From the NCBI GenBank assembly GCA_964635715.1, contig CAZWNZ010000003.1, forward strand, positions 37,153 to 101,152: DNA of 64,000 bases, read 5' to 3'. Below the pieces are notes generated by a model. It did not search any database. It was not told the DNA's origin and saw nothing but the letters and a program-made list of their open reading frames with translations. The DNA is from an uncultured Gammaproteobacteria bacterium (lineage in GTDB: Bacteria; Patescibacteriota; Microgenomatia; UBA8517). Shown here one piece after another: positions 57,015 through 64,000 of the stretch. A program made the position numbers and the translations under genes. Within the stretch, counting starts at the first letter, position 1; every line of letters begins with the position of its first letter.

Positions 57015-58154
57015 TCAGAGGAGTGGGCCCCAATTTGCTATCGGCATTATGTTTTGAGATATAAAGGCAAGTGAGTATAAGTAAACCGGTAAAATAATAA
57101 TTACTGCCGCGATTTTGAATTCTTTTCTGGTCAGTACATCGGAAAAAGCAACAAAAAGAAATGGAACTCCCGGAAGAAAATATCTCAAAAGATCTCTGTG
57201 GGATACAAAAAGTATCACGAAATAAAAAAGTGCTGTAAACGAGGCCAGTTCATATTCTTTTTTCTGAAAAAGTCTGAATACTCCGAGTGCCCCCAGTGCG
57301 TAAATAAAAATAATTTCTTCAAGCCAGTGAGTACCCACCCAGGGAGCAGCATAGTTAAAAATTTGGAACGGAATAAAACTGAGATGAATATTGTCTCCTG
57401 AATGAAAATAGGCAAAGAAATCGCCCAAAACAAACTTGTAAAATATAAAAACAAATAGTAATCCCAAAGGAATCAAAATTAATGGATAAGTTTTTTTAAT
57501 ATTGAAATTGATTTTTTTGTTCATGATTGAATTAATAATGTAGTAAATTCCATACGCTCCAAAAAGAAGAATCCCCGGTGATTTTGTCATTGCAGCGACC
57601 ATTCCCCAGATTCCGCTCAGCCAATATTTTTTGTTTTTGAAGAAATAGACAGAGGCTAAAATGCCTGCTACAAAAAGAGGATCTGCCGAACCTACTGAGC
57701 GGACCACCAACCATCTTGCAGGCAAAAATGAGAATAAAAATGTTAAAAATATCGCATTTTTCTGATCGACAAACTGAGAAATCAGTTTATTGAAAAATAA
57801 TATTGCCAGGAATGAAGAAATAAGAGTAGCTATTAACATGGCATAGGGGTAATTTATTACGGTTCCAAAAAGTTTGATCAAAAGAGGGAAAAGGGGAAAA
57901 TGTGCTGCATAGTATTCTGTGGGTAAAGTAAATTGAAAATTGGCTGCTATTTGGGCTTTGCTGTATAAAGTTTTAGCAACAACGAGATAAAGAGGGCCGT
58001 CGTAATTGGAAACAATCACTTCCATACCGTCTTGTGGTAACGGAATTCCCCAAAAAGATTCCAATTTGGCAAAGAATGGAATCCAAACTAAAATTACAGG
58101 AATCAGAGTGAAAAACAAAATTAACAAAAATTTACTGATTTTTCTTCCCATCAC
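57015..58154 (-). CDS. GT-C membrane glycosyltransferase (mannosyltransferase-like)
   Basis: YDG..Y..VA, AHFPLFP, multiple TM helices, RY. Confidence 0.75.
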   Translation of the reverse strand: MMGRKISKFLLILFFTLIPVILVWIPFFAKLESFWGIPLPQDGMEVIVSNYDGPLYLVVAKTLYSKAQIAANFQFTLPTEYYAAHFPLFPLLIKLFGTVINYPYAMLIATLISSFLAILFFNKLISQFVDQKNAIFLTFLFSFLPARWLVVRSVGSADPLFVAGILASVYFFKNKKYWLSGIWGMVAAMTKSPGILLFGAYGIYYIINSIMNKKINFNIKKTYPLILIPLGLLFVFIFYKFVLGDFFAYFHSGDNIHLSFIPFQIFNYAAPWVGTHWLEEIIFIYALGALGVFRLFQKKEYELASFTALFYFVILFVSHRDLLRYFLPGVPFLFVAFSDVLTRKEFKIAAVIIILPVYLYSLAFISQNIMPIANWGPLL

Positions 58155-58198
58155 TATGATATTAGCATGCCGGGAGCCTAATATGCTAGACTTCGTAT

Positions 58199-58909
58199 GT
58201 GGATACTAAAATTTCTGAATTATCCGTATTTCTGCCCGCATTTAATGAGGAAGGGAATATCGAAAGTACGGTAAAAAAGACAATCGCGGCCTTGAGCCAA
58301 AATATCAAAAAATGGGAACTGATTGTGGTTGATGATGGATCAGCTGATTCCACAGGAGAAATAGTTAACAGGATAGCCGGATTGAATGGTGACGTAAGAG
58401 TTATTAGGCATGAAAAAAATCTTGGTTACGGCGCTTCTTTAAAAACGGGCTTTTATAATTCCCGATATCCTTGGATTGCATTTACCGATTCTGATGGACA
58501 ATTTGATTTTACTGAAATTGACAAGTTTATTGAAAAACAACGAGAAACAGGGGCAGACATGGTAATAGGTTACTACAAGAAAAGAAGAGCTTCTTTAACA
58601 AAAATTATGACAAGTAAACTTTGGGAAATGGTGGTCTTCTTACTCTTCGGACTTAAAGTTAAAGATATAGATTGCGGTTTTAAACTAGTTTCAAAAAAGG
58701 TAATCGACAAAATACCAAAACTTGAAAGTGAAAGAGGTGCCTTTATCAGCAGCGAGCTTTTAATAAAAGCCAGGAAACAGGGTTTTAAGATTGTTGAAAT
58801 TCCCGTCACCCATTATCCAAGAACAAAAGGTGGTGGAACAGGAAGGAATCTTAACGTCATTTTAAGAAGCTTTGTAGACTTATTTAGACTTTGGAAAAAA
58901 CTTTTATAA
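58199..58909 (+). CDS. GT2 glycosyltransferase
   Basis: PAFNEE, VDDGS, DSDGQF, DIDCGFK. Confidence 0.92.
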   Translation: MDTKISELSVFLPAFNEEGNIESTVKKTIAALSQNIKKWELIVVDDGSADSTGEIVNRIAGLNGDVRVIRHEKNLGYGASLKTGFYNSRYPWIAFTDSDGQFDFTEIDKFIEKQRETGADMVIGYYKKRRASLTKIMTSKLWEMVVFLLFGLKVKDIDCGFKLVSKKVIDKIPKLESERGAFISSELLIKARKQGFKIVEIPVTHYPRTKGGGTGRNLNVILRSFVDLFRLWKKLL

Positions 58910-58920
58910 ATATTAAAATT

Positions 58921-60459
58921 ATGAGAATTAAAAATTGGATTAAAAAAAATCCTGTTGAATTTTGGATATTGTTCGCAATTCTTATAATCGGCGCCTTTTG
59001 CCGTTTTTACAGAATTGATGAATATATGGTTTTTTTAGGAGATGAGGGAAGGGATGCCATTATAGCTAGAAGAATTTTTACCGAGTTGCACCCGCCGCTT
59101 ATTGGCCCCGGAACTTCTGTGGGAAGTATGTATTTGGGTCCTTTGTACTACTACATGATGGCAATTCCTCTTTTAATTGCAGGATTCTCACCAATTGGGC
59201 CGGCAGTTATGGTTGGCACCCTTGGTGTTACCACAATAGCTTTTATTTGGTGGATAGGAAAAACTTGGTTTAATAAATCAGCCGGCCTAATTGCGGCTGC
59301 GATTTACTCAATTGCTCCGGCGGCGATTGTTTACTCGCGTTCATCCTGGAACCCGAATATAATGCCGTTTTTTGCACTTCTTTGCATATATTCTATTTGG
59401 AAAGTTTGGCGCAAAAATGAATTTAACTGGCTGATCGTTTTGGGCATTTCTTATGCTTTTGTTCTGCAATCACACTACCTGGGTCTTCTTTTGACCCCAA
59501 CGTTGCTTTTATTTTGGATTCTGTCATTGAGAAATTTGAAATTGATTAAAAATTCAAAATTGAAAATTAGGAATTTTTGGAAAAAGACAATACTTGGTGT
59601 TGGATTTTTTCTGATCCTCATGAGTCCTCTTTTAATTTTTGATATCAGACATGATTGGATGAACACGAGATCAATTTATAAGTTTATTGTCGAACGTCAA
59701 ACAAATTTTTCTATGAATTTTAATTTTACAGTCTCGCGACTGCCCGAAATATTTAATTTAATTAACAAAAGTTTAATTGTGGGCAAAAATTCTTTAGCAG
59801 CAGTCTGTTCCTCAATCGTTATGGCCATCGGAATTATTTATGCATTAATAAAAAGCCGTGTTGGAAAGAAAAAGGTTGGAATAAAATCAGAATATTGGAT
59901 ACTTTTTTCCTGGCTAATGTTTGGCCTTGTCGGTTTTGGAATATATAAACAAAATATTTATGATCATTATTTTGGATTCTTGTTTCCGGTTCCATTCTTT
60001 TTTATAGGTGTTATTATTTCAAAGTTGATATCCGGTAGAATTCCGGCAAAAATATTAGGAGCCGTTTTACTGGTCTATCTAATTTTAATTAATTTAGTAT
60101 CAAGTCCTCTCTTAAAAGAACCAAACAAACTGTTGCAGAGAAGCATTCATGTTTCAAAAATTATTGAAGAAAATTCGGAGGGACAAAAGTTTAATATAGC
60201 CGTAATTGCCGATACAAACTATGAAGCCGGATATAAATATTTCTTACTGAAAGACGGTTATCCTGTTGTTGATATAGATTCTCAAGTAAAAGAATCGGTA
60301 ACCAAGCAGCTTTTTGTTGTCTGCGAACTGTTACCGAACAGTAAATGTGATCCGACACATTCGCCTAAGGCAGAGGTTGCAAATTTTGGATGGAGTAAAA
60401 TAGATAAAAGTTGGGAAGTTGATGGTACGATAGTGTATAAATTAGTGCACACACAATGA
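58921..60459 (+). CDS. ArnT/PMT-like (GT-C) glycosyltransferase
   Basis: GDEGRD, LIGP, GPLYYY, WNPN. Confidence 0.85.
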   Translation: MRIKNWIKKNPVEFWILFAILIIGAFCRFYRIDEYMVFLGDEGRDAIIARRIFTELHPPLIGPGTSVGSMYLGPLYYYMMAIPLLIAGFSPIGPAVMVGTLGVTTIAFIWWIGKTWFNKSAGLIAAAIYSIAPAAIVYSRSSWNPNIMPFFALLCIYSIWKVWRKNEFNWLIVLGISYAFVLQSHYLGLLLTPTLLLFWILSLRNLKLIKNSKLKIRNFWKKTILGVGFFLILMSPLLIFDIRHDWMNTRSIYKFIVERQTNFSMNFNFTVSRLPEIFNLINKSLIVGKNSLAAVCSSIVMAIGIIYALIKSRVGKKKVGIKSEYWILFSWLMFGLVGFGIYKQNIYDHYFGFLFPVPFFFIGVIISKLISGRIPAKILGAVLLVYLILINLVSSPLLKEPNKLLQRSIHVSKIIEENSEGQKFNIAVIADTNYEAGYKYFLLKDGYPVVDIDSQVKESVTKQLFVVCELLPNSKCDPTHSPKAEVANFGWSKIDKSWEVDGTIVYKLVHTQ

Positions 60460-61439
60460 ACTATAAAGAATCGGTAAAAATACTTTCAGAAATAAAAAAG
60501 GCAGACAAAATTTTAGTAAACTGCCACAGGGGACCGGATTCTGATTCGGTTGGTTCTGCCTTGGCTTTATCACAGATATTACAGGAGATGGGGAAAGAAG
60601 TCATGGTAATTTGTCCCAGCGATATTCCTTCGGATCTGATGTTTCTCAAAGGTGCAGAAAAAATTGTCAGGGTTAATTTTACTTCATTTGATTTTACTGA
60701 TTATGGCCTTTTTGTAATTCTTGACTCGTCAACTTACTCGATGGTTACAGGGATGAAAGATTCTGAAAGACCAACTATAAATTCAGTTGTTATAGATCAT
60801 CATTTTTCCAATGACAAATTCGGAAAAATTAATTTGGTTGATTCGAAAATGACATCTACAGGCGAATTGCTTTACAGATTATTTAAAGATTGGAAAGTGA
60901 CTGTTTCAAAAGAGATAGCGGAGTGTTTACTTACAGGAATAATTGGTGACACAGGAACTTTTCAATATCAGAATGTAGGTTCGGAAACTTTAGAGGTCGC
61001 GGCGGATTTGATGAAAAAAGGTGCCGACAAAGATAGAATTGTTTACAATATTTACAGAAGCATTGAATTTAAGGAAGTAAAAATGTGGGGTAAGTTTGTG
61101 GAAAGTATGATGATTGATGAAGGTTTCATTTGGTCTGCAATTCCCCTCTCAACTTATAAGGATTTTGGCGAATATATTTATGCAAAGGAAGACGTTGCAA
61201 ATTTATTTTTCCCGATCATCAAAGGAACAGAATTTGGAATTGTGATGGTGGAGACTTCCGACGGAGTTCTCTCGGTTAGTTTCAGATCCAGAACAGGGTT
61301 TGATGTTGCCAAGATTGCTGAAGAAATCGGTGGGGGAGGACATAAACTGGCGGCAGGGGCACGGATTGAAGGAATTCCTTTTAACGATGCTGTTAATTTA
61401 GTTTTAAAAGCTGCCAGAAAGCATGTTAAAAAAGATTAA
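60456..61439 (+). CDS. nrnA: DHH/DHHA1 phosphoesterase (NrnA-like)
   Basis: H..PD.DS, IDHH, GDTG.F, GGGGH..AAG. Confidence 0.88.
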   Translation: MNYKESVKILSEIKKADKILVNCHRGPDSDSVGSALALSQILQEMGKEVMVICPSDIPSDLMFLKGAEKIVRVNFTSFDFTDYGLFVILDSSTYSMVTGMKDSERPTINSVVIDHHFSNDKFGKINLVDSKMTSTGELLYRLFKDWKVTVSKEIAECLLTGIIGDTGTFQYQNVGSETLEVAADLMKKGADKDRIVYNIYRSIEFKEVKMWGKFVESMMIDEGFIWSAIPLSTYKDFGEYIYAKEDVANLFFPIIKGTEFGIVMVETSDGVLSVSFRSRTGFDVAKIAEEIGGGGHKLAAGARIEGIPFNDAVNLVLKAARKHVKKD

Positions 61440-62913
61440 AAAGACTTCAATATATAAATTCTTACTGATTTTGATTTTAGGTCTGGCGTCCTTTTTGAGA
61501 TTTTATCGCCTTTCAGATCTTCTAGGTTTTTGGTATGACCAGGGAAGAGATGCCTTGGTAATTTGGGATATGGTCTATAACGGAAAGTTTACCCTTATTG
61601 GGCCAATGATGGGATTTACCGGAATATTTAGAGGGGCTTGGTATTACTACTTAATAGCTCCGCTTTATGCGTTAGGTCATGGTAACCCGATATTTGCTTC
61701 ATTTTTTTTGATAGCCACAACTATTGTTGCGTTGTATCTTTTGTATAAATTGGGTAAGGAGATTGGTGGTGAAAAAACCGGACTTACGGCTATCTTAATA
61801 GCTTCGGTTTCGATGTATATAATAGGCGCTTCACGCTGGCTTTCCGACCCGACACCTACACTTTTGATCAGTGTACTTTTGGTTTGGATGTTGTTTAAAT
61901 ATTCAGAAGGTAAAAAATGGACACTTCCTCTTTCAGGTTTTCTGGCAGGAATGGCTATGCAATTTAGTGCTGCGGCCGAAGTTTTTTACATCCCCGCGAT
62001 AATTTTAGTTGTTGTTTTACTTCGGAAAAGCGTAAGAGCGAATTTTAAATACATATTGTTAACGGCAGGGGCATATATTTTACCTTTTGCTCCCCAGCTG
62101 CTTTTTGAAATACGCCATCCGGGAGTTCAAAGTAGCGCACTTTTTAACTTCATTTTTCATGAAAATACTTTTACTTATGCTTTTTGGGAAATAATAAAAA
62201 CAAGAATTCCTTTTGATTACAATATGTTTGCTTCTAAATTTTGGATAAACGGAGGAACTCTTTTTGTTCCATTTTTTGTGATTTTTATTTTGCTTTTAAT
62301 AATCCATTGGAAGAAACTTTGGAAAAACGACAAATTCAAAATTATTTTCATTATGGCAGTATCTCCGCTTATCGGAACTTTGTTTTTTGTCAGCAACCTT
62401 GGTGGGGTATATGAATATTATTTTACCGGTTACTATTTAGTTTGGATATTGTTGTTTTCTTATGTTTGTATGGATTCTTTTAAAAATACATTCATCAAGA
62501 TAACTGCTGCAATTTTTATTATCGTTTTGTTGGCAATGAATATACATGCTTATACTAAACAATACTCAGTACCTTTAGATGATACCGAAATTATTGCCTT
62601 CAGCAATCAAATTGAAGCAATTGACTGGATTTATAAAAGTACGGAAGGACGGGAATTTAATGTTGATGAATATGTTCCGCCGGTAATCCCTTATGCTTAC
62701 CAGTATTTGTTTCAATGGTTAGGCAATGAGAAGTATGGAAGGCTTCCTCAGGACAAGCAGGTTTCGCTATTGTATACTTTATACGAAGTCGACACCTCCC
62801 ATCCTGAGCGTTTACAGGCTTGGTTGGATAGACAGGAAGGAATAGGAACAGTTTTAAGTGAGGAAAGGTTTGGCGGAATTGTTGTCCAAGAAAGGGTAAG
62901 AATAAACAAATGA
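61423..62913 (+). CDS. ArnT/PMT-like (GT-C) glycosyltransferase
   Basis: DQGRD, LIGP, YYY; related to 58921..60459. Confidence 0.85.
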   Translation: MLKKIKKTSIYKFLLILILGLASFLRFYRLSDLLGFWYDQGRDALVIWDMVYNGKFTLIGPMMGFTGIFRGAWYYYLIAPLYALGHGNPIFASFFLIATTIVALYLLYKLGKEIGGEKTGLTAILIASVSMYIIGASRWLSDPTPTLLISVLLVWMLFKYSEGKKWTLPLSGFLAGMAMQFSAAAEVFYIPAIILVVVLLRKSVRANFKYILLTAGAYILPFAPQLLFEIRHPGVQSSALFNFIFHENTFTYAFWEIIKTRIPFDYNMFASKFWINGGTLFVPFFVIFILLLIIHWKKLWKNDKFKIIFIMAVSPLIGTLFFVSNLGGVYEYYFTGYYLVWILLFSYVCMDSFKNTFIKITAAIFIIVLLAMNIHAYTKQYSVPLDDTEIIAFSNQIEAIDWIYKSTEGREFNVDEYVPPVIPYAYQYLFQWLGNEKYGRLPQDKQVSLLYTLYEVDTSHPERLQAWLDRQEGIGTVLSEERFGGIVVQERVRINK

Positions 62914-63659
62914 AACCATATTTAAGTGTCGTAATACCTGCATACAACGAGGAGATCAATCTTAAAAGAGGAGTTTTGAATAGTGTTTATGAGTATCTCA
63001 AAACTAAAGATTTTAGCTGGGAAGTGTTTATATTAGACGATGGAAGCAGTGATAAAACGGTTCAGCTGGTTAATGAGTTTGCCAAAAAACACAAAAATTT
63101 CTTTCTAAAAAAGGAACCTCATAGGGGAAAAGGTGGAACCTTGATTGCGGGAACTGACTATGCTACAGGAGAATATATTCTTTTCGCCGATATGGATCAA
63201 TCTACTCCAATGGATCAGTTTGATAAGTTTGTTCCAAAACTCAATACCGGGTTTGATATTGCGATAGGAAGCAGGAGTGGAAGACCGGGTCAGCCACTAA
63301 TAAGGAAAGTTATGGCATATGGGTTTGTTATATTAAGGACTTTAATTTTAAGACTTCCTTTCAAGGACACTCAATGCGGATTTAAGGTCTATAAAAGCTC
63401 AGCAGCAAAAGAAATTTTTAAAAGGACTCAAATATACAAAAAGGGGAATGTTTCAAAAATGGGTTCGGTTACAGCAGGATTTGATATAGAAGTCCTTTAT
63501 ATTGCAAGAAAATTAAAACTCAAAATTGCCGAAATTCCTGTTGAATGGTATGAATATGGTCAAAGAAAAGAGGTTAATCCAATCACAGATTCGATAGAAG
63601 GTTTAAGGGGAATAATGATGGTTCGCCTCAACGCCATCAAGGGTAAATACAAAGTTTGA
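62910..63659 (+). CDS. GT2 dolichyl-phosphate glucosyltransferase-like
   Basis: PAYNEE, DDGS, ADMD.STP, DTQCGFK, FDIE. Confidence 0.9.
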   Translation: MKPYLSVVIPAYNEEINLKRGVLNSVYEYLKTKDFSWEVFILDDGSSDKTVQLVNEFAKKHKNFFLKKEPHRGKGGTLIAGTDYATGEYILFADMDQSTPMDQFDKFVPKLNTGFDIAIGSRSGRPGQPLIRKVMAYGFVILRTLILRLPFKDTQCGFKVYKSSAAKEIFKRTQIYKKGNVSKMGSVTAGFDIEVLYIARKLKLKIAEIPVEWYEYGQRKEVNPITDSIEGLRGIMMVRLNAIKGKYKV

Positions 63660-63664
63660 CTTCC

Positions 63665-64000
63665 ATGGATAGAATTACTCTAAAAAATCTTAAAAAAGAG
63701 ATGGAAAGTTTGTCGGATCCCGCGCGGGCAAAGTTTTCCGAACGATATTTTAAAACCGGTAAAGGTGAATATGGAGAAGGGGATGTCTTTTTGGGAGGAA
63801 TCAGTACACCTAATGTTAATTCGTTTATTTTAAAATACGAAGAATTATCGATGGAGGACATAAAAAAACTTTTAGAGTCCAAATACCATGAGGAAAGATC
63901 TGTTGCCTTGGGAATTTTAAAAAAGCATTACGAAAAAGCTTTAAAGAAAAATGATGAAAAGGAAAAGCGTGACATTTATGAATTCTATTTGGGAAATACA
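63665..64000 (+). CDS. DNA alkylation repair protein (AlkD-like), truncated by window end
   Basis: Hand translation MDRITL...RYFKTGKGEYGEGDVFLG...LLESKYHEER..AL. Confidence 0.8.
   Translation, partial: MDRITLKNLKKEMESLSDPARAKFSERYFKTGKGEYGEGDVFLGGISTPNVNSFILKYEELSMEDIKKLLESKYHEERSVALGILKKHYEKALKKNDEKEKRDIYEFYLGNT

Noticed and set aside
1-64000. CRISPR array, rRNA, transposase, integrase or prophage
   Set aside because: No repeat-spacer arrays, rRNA-like tracts or recognisable transposase, integrase or phage genes seen.

Overview
Gene-dense, AT-rich bacterial chromosome segment. Gene content and style (short intergenic spacers, leaderless-looking starts, in-frame heptamer repeats, tRNA-adjacent GIY-YIG gene, many membrane glycosyltransferases) suggest Patescibacteria/CPR, probably Microgenomates; this is an inference. 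About 1-14 kb is accessory envelope/surface genes, including a cohesin-SLH plus GH-SLH-dockerin pair. About 14-21.2 kb is an unusual nucleotide-modification cluster next to tRNA-Gln: Gfo/Idh/MocA dehydrogenase, DegT aminotransferase, NDK-like kinase, 2-hydroxyacid dehydrogenase, dTMP kinase, three Nudix hydrolases, an NDT-like/RHH regulator and a second GreA. Its core matches the enzyme logic of 3'-amino-3'-deoxynucleotide (puromycin-type) chain-terminator synthesis, and it is the best candidate here for an undescribed system. The rest is mostly housekeeping (lon with CIRCE, greA, lysS, serS, rarA, secA, tgt, prfB, ftsEX, trmD) plus a nucleotide-sugar/glycosylation region (galE, galU, rmlB fused to a Nudix-like domain, rmlC, rmlD, GT2/GT-C). 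Two intact tRNAs (Gln-CUG, Glu-CUC) each sit beside a degenerate tRNA copy carrying loop insertions. All calls come from motif recognition by eye; no searches were run.
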